64,000 bases of DNA from Blepharisma stoltei ATCC 30299 (lineage: Eukaryota > Protista > Ciliophora), in the NCBI GenBank assembly GCA_965603825.1, contig CBFDEM010000060.1, forward strand, positions 1-64,000, read 5' to 3'. Under the pieces are notes generated by a model. That model was not told where the DNA came from, searched no databases, and saw only the letters and a program-made list of their open reading frames with translations. Below are positions 1 to 12,196 of this stretch, piece by piece (positions within the stretch are counted from its first letter, which is position 1; every line of letters starts with the position of its first letter). The position numbers and the translations under genes were made by a program.

Positions 1-2917
1 TAACACCCTAACACCCTAACACCCTAACACCCCTAACACCCTAACACCCTAACACCCTAACACCCTAACACCCTAACACCCTAACACCCTAACACCCTAA
101 CACCCTAACACCCTAACACCCTAACACCCTAACACCCTAACACCCTAACACCCTAACACCCTAACACCCTAACACCCACCCCTAACACCCTAACACCCTA
201 ACCCAACCCTAACACCCTAACACCCTAACACCCTAACACCCTAACACCCTAACACCCTACACCCTAACACCCTAACACCCTAACACCCTAACACCCTAAC
301 ACCCTAACACCCTAACACCCTAACACCCTAACACCCTAACACCCTAACACCCTAACACCCTAACACCCTAACACCCTAACACCCTAACACCCTAACACCC
401 TAACACCCTAACACCCTAACACCCTAACACCCTAACACCCTAACACCCTAACACCCTAACACCCTAACACCCTAACACCCTAACACCCTAACACCCTAAC
501 ACCCTAACACCCTAACACCCTAACACCCTAACACCCTAACACCCTAACACCCTAACACCCTAACACCCTAACACCCTAACACCCTAACACCCTAACACCC
601 TAACACCCTAACACCCTAACACCCTAACACCCTAACACCCTAACACCCTAACACCCTAACACCCTAACACCCTAACACCCTAACACCCTAACACCCTAAC
701 ACCCTAACACCCTAACACCCTAACACCCTAACACCCTAACACCCTAACACCCTAACACCCTAACACCCTAACACCCTAACACCCTAACACCCTAACACCC
801 TAACACCCTAACACCCTAACACCCTAACACCCTAACACCCTAACACCCTAACACCCAACACCCAACACCCTAACACCCTAACACCCTAACACCCTAACAC
901 CCTAACACCCTAACACCCTAACACCCTAACACCCTAACACCCTAACACCCTAACACCCTAACACCCTAACACCCTAACACCCTAACACCCTAACACCCTA
1001 ACACCCTAACACCCTAACACCCTAACACCCTAACACCCTAACACCCTAACACCCTAACACCCTAACACCCTAACACCCTAACACCCTAACACCCTAACAC
1101 CCTAACACCCTAACACCCTAACACCCTAACACCCTAACACCCTAACACCCTAACACCCTAACACCCTAACACCCTAACACCCTAACACCCTAACACCCTA
1201 ACACCCTAACACCCTAACACCCTAACACCCTAACACCCTAACACCCTAACACCCTAACACCCTAACACCCTAACACCCTAACACCCTAACACCCTAACAC
1301 CCTAACACCCTAACACCCTAACACCCTAACACCCTAACACCCTAACACCCTAACACCCTAACACCCTAACACCCTAACACCCTAACACCCTAACACCCTA
1401 ACACCCTAACACCCTAACACCCTAACACCCTAACACCCTAACACCCTAACACCCTAACACCCTAACACCCTAACACCCTAACACCCTAACACCCTAACAC
1501 CCTAACACCCTAACACCCTAACACCCTAACACCCTAACACCCTAACACCCTAACACCCTAACACCCTAACACCCTAACACCCTAACACCCTAACACCCTA
1601 ACACCCTAACACCCTAACACCCTAACACCCTAACACCCTAACACCCTAACACCCTAACACCCTAACACCCTAACACCCTAACACCCTAACACCCTAACAC
1701 CCTAACACCCTAACACCCTAACACCCTAACACCCTAACACCCTAACACCCTAACACCCTAACACCCTAACACCCTAACACCCTAACACCCTAACACCCTA
1801 ACACCCTAACACCCTAACACCCTAACACCCTAACACCCTAACACCCTAACACCCTAACACCCTAACACCCTAACACCCTAACACCCTAACACCCTAACAC
1901 CCTAACACCCTAACACCCTAACACCCTAACACCCTAACACCCTAACACCCTAACACCCTAACACCCTAACACCCTAACACCCTAACACCCTAACACCCTA
2001 ACACCCTAACACCCTAACACCCTAACACCCTAACACCCTAACACCCTAACACCCTAACACCCTAACACCCTAACACCCTAACACCCTAACACCCTAACAC
2101 CCTAACACCCTAACACCCTAACACCCTAACACCCTAACACCCTAACACCCTAACACCCTAACACCCTAACACCCTAACACCCTAACACCCTAACACCCTA
2201 ACACCCTAACACCCTAACACCCTAACACCCTAACACCCTAACACCCTAACACCCTAACACCCTAACACCCTAACACCCTAACACCCTAACACCCTAACAC
2301 CCTAACACCCTAACACCCTAACACCCTAACACCCTAACACCCTAACACCCTAACACCCTAACACCCTAACACCCTAACACCCTAACACCCTAACACCCTA
2401 ACACCCTAACACCCTAACACCCTAACACCCTAACACCCTAACACCCTAACACCCTAACACCCTAACACCCTAACACCCTAACACCCTAACACCCTAACAC
2501 CCTAACACCCTAACACCCTAACACCCTAACACCCTAACACCCTAACACCCTAACACCCTAACACCCTAACACCCTAACACCCTAACACCCTAACACCCTA
2601 ACACCCTAACACCCTAACACCCTAACACCCTAACACCCTAACACCCTAACACCCTAACACCCTAACACCCTAACACCCTAACACCCTAACACCCTAACAC
2701 CCTAACACCCTAACACCCTAACACCCTAACACCCTAACACCCTAACACCCTAACACCCTAACACCCTAACACCCTAACACCCTAACACCCTAACACCCTA
2801 ACACCCTAACACCCTAACACCCTAACACCCTAACACCCTAACACCCTAACACCCTAACACCCTAACACCCTAACACCCTAACACCCTAACACCCTAACAC
2901 CCTAACACCCTAACACC
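1..2917 (+). repeat. Telomeric tract (CCCTAACA)n, C-rich strand on + (left chromosome end)
   Basis: Near-perfect 8-bp tandem repeat from base 1 to 2917, with a few variant units near 30, 175-260 and 855-865. CCCTAACA is the known telomere repeat of heterotrichs (Stentor, Blepharisma). Confidence 0.98.
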
Positions 2918-3690
2918 AATTCTAGTCTTTATGATCTACCACTAGTGCAAGCTTACCAAGATTATCTCAAAGCTTATCAACTCAAAACATCTCTTTATAA
3001 TATTAAACGAGATTTATTAATTTATAGCACTGAAACTGAAACCAGAGAAGAAACCGAAATCTTATAGACTCCAAGACCACTCGGAGGTAGTTGCATAACT
3101 CAACTTCCAAATGGAAAGCTATTCTGTTTTGGTAATAATGAACGTTTTGATGATGGAAATTCTAGAATGGATGAAATCTGATTTGGTAATAATATACCTT
3201 CTGGAATTTCAGTGTTAATTGATGTAGATGGTGGAGTCGAAGTGCTGCCCTCAGGAACTCCTTGTAATAACTCATCATGCATCTATTTCAACAATAGCAT
3301 CTATTGCTTTTGAGGAAAACGCGGAATACATTCAACTCAATCTAGTAGATTTGATTTGGATTTAAATCGATGAATTAAATTAACTCCAATGCCAAAGCTT
3401 GATTATAGGTGCAGTAGTATAATATTTAATGGAAATATTTTGATTTCTGGATATTGAAATAGAAATCTTTGGTTATACTCAATTGATATTGACTCTTTCT
3501 CGACAATTCCTTATGAGTTTAAAGAGGATAAAAGAAAGATCCTGATAAATGCAGAGAGGCTATATTTGATTGAATGCCCTGGATCAATCTATGAAAGCGA
3601 AGTTGGAAGTTACTCGAATTGGAAATGAGTAGGAAAATCAACAATCGGTAATAAGTGTATTGTTCATATAATAAAGGAGGAATATACATT
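2918..3690 (+). pseudogene. Kelch-like beta-propeller family-1 copy, 5'-truncated by the telomere
   Basis: Reads ...QLPNGKLFCFG...IYFNNSIYCF..RFDLDLNRWIKLTPMP...LYSIDIDSFS, as do the paralogs at 48.9-64 kb. It has no ATG, an in-frame TAG at 3065-3067, and a frameshift near 3655. It ends abruptly at the piggyBac fragment. Confidence 0.85.
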
Positions 3691-4008
3691 CAGGAAGTTT
3701 AACAATCCCCATCATGATGATAACTCCAATGCATTTTACAACTCAATTTCACTCAATTCATGCCAATATTCATCTCTTTCCTTAAGTTTTCCACGACTTC
3801 TTTTGCTTTCAAATGTTTGGTTTGTATATGATACAATATCCTGGAGCACTTCACTTGTAAAAAACAAATTGAATATTTCAGTGATTGAATAATTATCTGG
3901 AACTCTTATATTTGGCTTCTCGCATTCAACCTCCATTTCTTCAAAATATTCAGGCTGCACTTCATTCCAGCCTTGAAACCCACTATCTGTTGGCTGCATG
4001 CAGCCCAT
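3691..4008 (-). mobile_element. piggyBac (DDE_Tnp_1_7-type) transposase N-terminal fragment, frameshifted
   Basis: SITEIFNLFFTSEVLQDIVSYTNQ...YWHELSEIEL, then after a frameshift near 3737 KCIGVIIMMGIVKLPE. This is the F-x-LFF...IV..TN...W...E..K..G...MG...LP signature of piggyBac transposases. A TTAA lies at 4010-4013. Confidence 0.75.
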
Positions 4009-4012
4009 TTTA

Positions 4013-4528
4013 ATGAGATATGCATCTCTTTTTATAAAATACCTATGAGGCTACTATGCATTTTTTTCAAACGATGGTGATTCTTACTATGAAAAAGGAT
4101 ATGCTTTAAATAAATTAGGAAGATACTCAGAAGCACTAGAAAGCTATGAAAAAGCTATCAGCATCAATCCAAATAATGCCAGGTTTTATAATCGTAAAGG
4201 CGATAATCTTTATGTTTTAGAGAGATATCAAGAAGCAATACAATGCTATGATGAGGCAATCAAACTTGAACCCAATAATCCTTTGCATTTCTGCAGCCGA
4301 GCTAGAATATTTAATAGTCTCAGACAAGAAGAAGCAGCTTTGCAGGACTTTAATAGGGCTTATAATTTGAAGCAAGAAAATCAAGTAAGTGGCGTTTTCA
4401 CTGGGGATGAATGGAAACTTTCTGAAAAAGACATAAATTTTATTAACGACGCATTACGCCGATCCCTAAAGAACTATTCCAAAAAATGCAGATTTAAAAT
4501 AAAATTTGATTCTAATACTCTTTTGTAA
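4013..4528 (+). CDS. TPR-repeat protein (~171 aa, 3 TPRs)
   Basis: ATG 4013, one UGA=Trp, TAA 4526-4528. Translates to YYEKGYALNKLGRYSEALESYEKAISINPNNARFYNRKGDNLYVLERYQEAIQCYDEAIKLEP. Confidence 0.75.
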
Positions 4529-5035
4529 AAAATCTAAGAATTGTAATTTTTGTCACTTTTCTTGCTAAAAGTCCAGTTTATTATTTTTGCACCTTTTCTT
4601 AGTTTTATGGATTTTAGAAAATTTGGTCAATTTATCAGCTTTATTTGCATAGAATTCAGCTTCTCTCTACTTATCGTTAATATTTTAATTTTTTTAATGC
4701 TTTAAATAATATATTTGTAAAATATAGGAGCATATCTCTGACTTTGGTATGTGCTCACACCTAATAGTAATATGTGTTTAGATATAACTTTACCTTACAT
4801 TATTGGCTTGCTAAGAATGATAAGAGAGCTTGAAGAAGCAATTTTGGCTAAGCTTAAAAAATATAAATATAGATAATAAGCCCAAAATCCGCAGCATTAA
4901 TAGGCCAAATCGCTTAATTTTCCACAAATAAAGCTATTCATTTATTTAATTTTTAACACTATCTTGCATTAAATTATAAAATTTAAAAAATTGAATCAGA
5001 TAGTAAATATTTCATCAGAGGTTTTAGGTTAAATC

Positions 5036-6039
5036 TTAACACCCCCTTAGAATTAAAACTAGATGGATTGTACTCCCATCGCGAATATTATAGTCCCTTA
5101 AGCTCCATTCATCTTCTGTTTGCCTACCTGCATAAATCAGCCTTTGAGATGGCACTGGAGTTCCCTCAGCATCTTGAATTTTTTGTTTCAAACTCTTAAT
5201 GGAATCGGATGAGCTAACTTCGAATTCGTAATACTCTCCCCTCAAATTTTTAACTGTAATTAAAAAGTTTTCAGTAATGCAGCTTCATGTTTCCAAACGA
5301 AGGAGTATCAGAGCGCCATCATATATATTAAACTCAGACATAATTTCGTTGTCAAATAACTCTCTTCCATTAAATATTAATCTTTGTTGAATTTCTGGGA
5401 TACATTTTCTATTAAATATTTTAGTTTTTAACTCTGCTACTGAATCAGTGGATTCAACTTGGAGGCGAAATCAACGATTTTCTGATGTCTTAAAAGTTAA
5501 AGAATAACTGCTAGGGCGTTTCGAAGTTTCAATTATATCTGAGCTTTCCTCTACATCAATAAGAATTCTTTGACTGAGTTCTTCAATTCTATTTTCAAGG
5601 ATTGCGGATCTAACTCTATCTTCAGTTAATGCATTTTCAAATGTTTGAGTTCGGCCATTATTTATTTCTATTGCTTGCTTCATAATTTCTTTTTTAAATC
5701 TTGCTAAATCTTTGGTCTTGATTTGACTTTTTCTATATTTAAGAGGCAAATCACTTTTAAATTTGTTTATCATCCTTCTCAGTATATAATTAGGAGTTAA
5801 TAATCTATGACGAAGCTTTTCGTTAGTCATTGGACTTTTGTGATGACCTTTTTCTAATCACAAGGTCTAAGTTTAAGTTAATAATTGTAGCTTTATCATT
5901 ATTTTAATACTAATCAAAAGGTGATTGCTGATCTTTCATATGTAAATCCATCAGCTGCGACGACAGGGTTTTCCATTAAATCTCGAGTGATTGGGCACAA
6001 ATACTCATCAGGAGGATTGAGATTTTCCTCAACGATTAT
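5036..6039 (-). pseudogene. U-box + two ubiquitin-like domains; interrupted by a 56-bp insertion, no in-frame ATG before the U-box
   Basis: [34 protein letters not shown] | insert | EKGHHKSPMTNEKL...PNYILRRMI forms the U-box. Reading through UGA at 5471 gives two Ubl domains (QQRLIFNGREL; [10 protein letters not shown]...[10 protein letters not shown]). It could be functional if the insert is spliced or excised. Confidence 0.7.
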
Positions 6040-6291
6040 GAATACTGTGAAAATAAGTAACTGGAAATTAATTTTAGGGGGCTATTTTTATCTTTCGATA
6101 TTTTAAAATATAAATCCAGAAATCCTGCTAAGAGATTTTTTACATGCAAATAAATATTTTTTAATTATTAGTCCAATTATTATCTGCTTTTAATTCAGAT
6201 TTAATTTAATTAATAATCAATATCTGAGTTAAATTAAATTTCAGCAAAAGCGTCAATTAAAATCATATAATAATTTTTAAGAAATATTACC

Positions 6292-7764
6292 TTATAGCTC
6301 TTCTGTGAACAACGTTTGGCTGCTTGCCGAAACAACTCTTGCCTCAATATCCTGTCCTAATTTCCAGCTTCCCTTTCCAAAAGTCCTCTTATTCTGTTCT
6401 GTTCTCCCAGTCCAGTCCCAGTTCCCTTTCAATGCTGGCCCATCTACCATTACCTTCACAGTCTTCCCAATTTCCTTTTGATTTATTTCCTTTTGTATTT
6501 CTTTTACAACCTCAATAATTTCTGCCAACCTTCCTTTCTTTACGTCCTCTTTTACATCATCTTGCATCGCATTAAATGCATGTGTTTTACTTCTCATTGA
6601 GTAGGCAAACATATAAGCTTGCTCGAACCTTACAGTTCTCAATACTTTAAGCGTCTCTTGATGGTCTTCTTCAGTTTCTCCACAAAATCCTGCAATTACG
6701 TCTGTAGACAAAGCGACCCCAGGCAGCTCATTTCTGATTCTTTCAGCTAAATCTAAATAGGCTTGTTGTGTATGGTATCTCCGCATTGAATATAAAATCC
6801 TGTCACTTCCACTTTGTAAGGGTAAGTGAACCTGCTTACAGAGGTTTGGATAGGCTTTCATAACGTCGAGGACTTCTTGGGGAAAATCTTTGGGGTGAGG
6901 GGATGTAAACCTTATTCTCGAATTTGGGGCTTCTTCTGCCACATTGGCTAGGAGCTGGGCAAACCTGGCGCCTGATGGTCGGGATTTGAAAAGCTCAGAA
7001 AAACCTGGGGTGTTTTCGTGAGAATTTACAGAGTCCGAAGTGGTGTCACAGTAAGAGTTAACGTTTTGACCTAGTAAGGTGATTTCTTTGATTCCTTTGC
7101 TGTGCAAAAGCTTTACTTCTTCAAGTATTGAAGCCATCGGTCTGCTTCTTTCCCGTCCTCTTGTGAATGGGACCACGCAGAAGCTGCACATATTGTTACA
7201 GCCTCTCATAATAGAAATAAAAGCTGAAATTTCATTGTTTCTAACTGGGGTTATATCAGCATATGTTTCTTCAAGAGAAAGTTGGACATCTATAGCATTC
7301 TTTTTGCCATCACACATTACAGCTTCTACTAATTTTGGAAGAGCTCTATATGAATCAGGCCCTACCACAATATGTGCAAGTTTTTCTTCTAAAAGAGAAC
7401 TTTTAAGCCTTTCAGCCATGCATCCTAAAACTGCGATTTTTGCCCTTTTGTTTTGCTTTAAAAGCTCATGGAGCCTTTGTTTTACTTTTTGCTCTGCCTT
7501 TTCTCTAATAGAGCAGGTGTTGATTAGTACTAAATCGGCCTATTTGGATGTTACTTTGTCTGATGTGTCTGTTGATTTAAGCCCAGCAGAATGGAGGATG
7601 CTGCTAACTATTTGTGAATCATTCTCGTTCATGGCGCAGCCATAAGTCTGCAAATAGTATTTAAGGTCTGTCAATTTTTCAGGAACGGGGATAGCAGAAT
7701 TGAGGACTGGATTGATAAATTGAGATAGGGGTGGGATGTGTGAAATTCGCGAAAAATGACGCAT
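6292..7764 (-). CDS. CDK5RAP1: MiaB/CDK5RAP1 tRNA methylthiotransferase (radical SAM), probably mitochondrial
   Basis: TYGCAMNENDS, INTCSIRE, VLGCMAE, CNNMCSFC (CxxxCxxC), RFTSPHP and a C-terminal TRAM domain. A 15-nt intron at 7540-7554 joins the two supplied ORFs. Confidence 0.95.
7540..7554 (-). other. 15-nt spliceosomal intron GTAACATCCAAATAG
   Basis: Removal fuses TSDK|ADLVLINTC in frame and removes an in-frame TAG. Confidence 0.92.
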
Positions 7765-8026
7765 GGTTTATTATTTTTTGTGTTATCATAATTATAAAGA
7801 ATAGGAATTTGATGACTGTAAAGCATAAAAAGTTATAAGAATTAACGATTTATTCGCTTAAAAAATTTATTTTTTAAAGGTTTTACAATAAGGTTATTAT
7901 TGAAGACCTAATAATTTAGTAATAAAAGATGTGGGATATAATTTTTAATTCAGGCGCAATAAGGTATTTTAATAGAAATAAAATACTTATGAAGATATAT
8001 TTAAAGCACCAGAAGGATTAATTCTC

Positions 8027-8145
8027 GTTGTCGGCCATACTATGCCTAACGCACCAGATCCCATCCGAACTCTGAAGTTAAGCGGCATAAGGCGAGGTTA
8101 GTACTTGGGTGGGGGACCGCCAGGGAAGCCCTCGTGCTGACAGCT
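8027..8145 (+). rRNA. 5S rRNA
   Basis: GTTGTCGGCCATAC...GATCCCATCCGAACTCTGAAGTTAAGC...GGTTAGTACTTGG...GGGAA...TGCTGACAGCT, 119 nt, with a complementary terminal helix and eukaryotic 5S internal control boxes. Confidence 0.97.
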
Positions 8146-8149
8146 AAAC

Positions 8150-8160
8150 TTTTTATTTTT
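8150..8160 (+). terminator. RNA polymerase III oligo-T terminator of the 5S gene
   Basis: TTTTTATTTTT a few bases after the 5S 3' end. Confidence 0.7.
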
Positions 8161-8363
8161 ATGAAAAACCTAATTTTCTTAAATTCTTATTAATATTCCC
8201 ATAAATTTGCTTAATTATTTTATATCTATACTAATTATATATTCAATATATAAATTTAGGGTCAATAAATAGAATACAGCTTAAAACTTTGGAGATAATT
8301 GTCATGATCTCATAATTAATTGTAATTATAAATAGATAAACGCGAAATCGAGGGTTCAAATAA

Positions 8364-9854
8364 ATGGAAAATGAAATTGAGTTTCTTAAACAGACTTATC
8401 AACAATATAAATTAAACCAAAAATATTTATTGTTCACAGGAAACAGAAATAGGTATGAGCCCACAGTTGTCATTCTCAAGCCTTTATCTCCTTCAAAAGA
8501 AATCACAGTACTTGAATTCCCTCAAAAACTATTGCACGGCAAATCTCTTCATTACCAATTAACACCTAAGAATATTTTTACAAAATCTCCTAGTGCTCCC
8601 CAGACTGATAGAAAGGCTAATTTTTGCAATAAATGCTATATCTACTCATGCAGAACTCATTTATTTGAAAGATATCATAAAAAGAGCGCAAATGGGCAAA
8701 ATACACTTTACAATGATACGTTTGTACAAGAAATCGACCCAACCTTCTGAAAGCAAACATGGCGAGCCCAAGAAAAGCACTTATTGAAGACAGGAAGATG
8801 GCTAATAAATTTCCAATGCAAAAATCCAAGCCAATGTGGAAAAATTACAGGCTCAGACCATAAGCCTCATTCCAATGAAATTGTCGACATCGTTATCCGA
8901 TTTCTAAAAAACGGAATCAGCAACCCTTGCAGCATTTCTTTATTTTTAGCTATCCCCTGCAATGAAGCCTGGGATCTTATCAAATTATTAAAACCAATTT
9001 ATTTCATATACCCAGAAACCCCTCAAAAGCTTCCAGAACTCGTTTTTACCGACAAAGAGCCTGCCCAAGTCCAAACACAAAACATTGTAGGCTGCAACTG
9101 CAATTGCAAAACTCCGTGCAACGTCACAAATTCGTGCCCTTGCATGATAGGCGACCCCATTTCTCCTGAAGAGCAGCCCAACGTGATTCCAGGTCGACAA
9201 TTTTGCGAAAAATTCTGCCTATGCAATTCTGACTGTAAACAAAGATTTTTAGGCTGCAACTGCGAACTCGGCGCGTGCAACAGCACAAACTGTGTCTGTT
9301 TTGCTGCCAAAATGGAATGTGATCCTGATCTTTGTAAATTTTGTAAATGCAGCTCTATAATCCAGCATCCAGAAAATTTCGGGGAAAATTGTAAAAATTT
9401 GACGATTCAGCTTGAAAAATGAAAGAGGACGGCCCTTTCCCAGTCCACAATAGAAGGGGCAGGATTAGGGCTTTTTATATTAGAGTCTTGCAAAAAAGGA
9501 GAAATGATTGTAGACTATAAAGGAGAAATGTTGGAAGATGCAGAAGCTGACCGGAGAGGGTTGGAATACGACAAAAAGCAGCATTCTTTTATTTTTAATA
9601 TAGATTCAAGGTATTCAATAGATGCGACTTTTTATGGGAATAAAATGAGATATGTAAATCACAAAAGTCAAGGGGAACAAAATTGTATGACGAGTATATG
9701 GAGGTCTTTAGGAAATACAAGGATCGTCCTTATTGCACTAAAAGATTTAGAGGCCGGGATGGAGCTGTTTTTTGACTATCAGTACCCGAAAGATGTCCCT
9801 TACGATTGATATCAGAATTATACAAAACAATTAACGAAGAAGAGGTCGAAATAA
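8364..9854 (+). CDS. EZL: Enhancer-of-zeste-like histone methyltransferase (PRC2 catalytic subunit; MCSS-SANT-CXC-SET), ~496 aa
   Basis: A single frame through UGAs at 8748, 9420 and 9807 to TAA 9852. FCNKCYIYSCRTH (MCSS-like), a Cys-rich CXC (FCEKFCLC...FLGCNC...ECDPDLC), and SET motifs GAGLGLF, DYKGE, EADRRG, RYVNH, ELFFDY. Confidence 0.92.
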
Positions 9855-9931
9855 AATTAAAAGGTCTATTAAATTGAAAATTAAGGAATAATTGAGCAGT
9901 TTTTATTAGAAAATTCGTAGATATATTAATA

Positions 9932-11743
9932 ATGGCAAACTCTAATAGATACCTAGCAGAAGTGCAACTTTTCATCAGCTGCAGAAAACTCAAAGACATG
10001 GACACTTTCAGCAAGTCTGATCCCTTCGTCGAAGTCTACGAAAAAAACAGCACGACAAACAAATGAAAAAGAGTCGACAGGACCGAAGTGATATGAAATA
10101 ACCTCAATCCTGATTTCGTCAAAAGCTTTAAATTTCCTTTTCAATTTGAAGAGCAAAAATATTTTCAGTTTAAAGTCTACCACGCTGGCGACGACAATGC
10201 AAAGATCGAAAATGATAATTTCATTGGAGAAGCTGAGTGCTCACTGGGAGAAATCATAGGCTCTCAAGGCCAGCAGCTTATAAAAACTTTAAAACTTCCA
10301 GGAAAACACGAGAGCAGAGGAAATATTATATTAAGAACTGAAGAAGTCAGCGCTAATAAAGATATGGTTTGTATTGAAATGGGTGCTAGAGGCCTTAAAG
10401 ATATATCAAGCCTATTCGGGACTTTTAAGCCATTTTTCTGTATATCTAAAGCTATGGAAAATGGTGCTTATCAAAGAGTTTATATGTCGGAATACAAAAA
10501 AGGTAGAAATGTGTCATGAAATAAAATTGAAAAATCTTTACAGGACATTTGTACAGGGGATTTAGATAGACCACTTTTATTTGAGGTTTACGATCATCAC
10601 AAAAGCGGAAATCACAAAAAATTCGGGGCTGCCCAAGTAAGTATAAAAAGTATGACTGAAGGTTCAGAAAAATCTTTCCAGCTTAAAGATTCATTTGTAG
10701 ACAAAAAAAGTGGAAGATGTGCATCCAGACGAGGCAAAAAAGAGGAAAAAACTGTCGGGACTATGGTAGTAAGATCTTTGGACATCGTAAAAGTCCACAG
10801 CTTTATTGACTATATTGCAGGAGGATGCCAAATCTCGCTTATCGTGGCTATTGATTTTACAGCTTCTAATATGGATCCAAGAGACCCCCAGTCTTTGCAC
10901 TATCTAAATCCAAATAATATGTTCAACCAATACCAATCCGCCTTATTTTCTGTAGGAGAAATCTTACTGAATTATGACAGTGATAAGCTCGTTCCATTTT
11001 ATGGCTTCGGCGCTAAGCTAAATGGAGCCATAAATCACTGTTTCCCTATAAATTTCAACAACTCAGACCCAAATGTCCAAGGTCTCGACGGTTTAATGCA
11101 CTCCTACAGTGAAGTCCTAAATGTAATTGAGTTCTCAGGCCCTACTCTCTTTGCCCAGGTAATCCAAAAAGCAGTCCTTGAAGCTGAAAGGGCTCAAGTC
11201 CATCAGGGAAATCAGCAATATTTTGTACTTTTAATTTTGACTGACGGAGAAATCCATGATATGCGGGCCACAATTGACTGAATTGTAAGGGGCTCTGCGT
11301 CGCCCATATCAATTGTAATTGTAGGGATTGGGAATGACAGTTTTTCTAATATGGTTGTATTGGACGCAGATGAAGAGCCTTTAATTGATTCTAATGGTAA
11401 ACGGATGGAAAGGGATATTGTGCAGTTTGTGCCTTTTAGGGAGGTAGGAAATTCGCCTGTTTCACTGGCTAGAGAAGTTTTGGACGAAATTCCGAGAGAA
11501 ATTGTGAACTTTTTTAATAAAAAAGGGATTTTTCCAAATCCGCCGGTCAGTGCGCCGGAGTTTGATTTTAGTAGAAGTTATAGTACGGAAAGGCAGGGGA
11601 TTGCAGTGGAAGATGTGACCTTTCAGGTAGGCGGGAACCAGCAGTCACTTCCACAGAATATATATCCTTACAACCCGAATACTGTGAATTTTGGAAGAGC
11701 AGTTGTAGGCAGACAATTGAGCAGCCATAATAGTCGTAATTAA
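9932..11743 (+). CDS. Copine (C2-C2-vWA)
   Basis: One frame through four UGA=Trp. DMDTFSKSDPF, TEVIWNNLNPDF, AIDFTASN, LILTDGEIHD, SIVIVGIG, RDIVQFVPF. Confidence 0.95.
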
Positions 11744-12196
11744 ATATATAAAAATAATAATTTTTGTTGTAAATGTGAGATATTCGGTATAATTGATGAA
11801 AATAAGCTGCGATGATAGATTATTATTAATTGATTGGCTTAAGTCAAGATTGAATACAAAAAGCTATTATGTCTTGAAGAGGAATAGTTTTGAATACTGT
11901 TAAAATAGGCACAATGGACATATAAATAAAAATTATTTAAATCCTATTTAAATTTATAGTTCATATTAATTATAGTTATAGATGCTTCATGCTTGTTTTT
12001 CAAATAAAAGCTTGCTTTAAATCTTCTATTTTTCGCTCAACAATAATCTTTCTCAAAACTATCATAATTTTTTTTAATTTTTAAATTGGCAGTTTCCATT
12101 CGATCACCCACAATTTGCATACTTATTTCAAAAAATGAATTAAATTAAAGCCAGCTGCAAAGATCTCTCTCTCAAATATAAGTTAATTTTAGAAAT

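Noticed and set aside
1-870. Variant telomere units as a second repeat type
   Set aside because: They are sporadic single-base indels at the distal, probably low-coverage end, consistent with read errors or telomerase slips.
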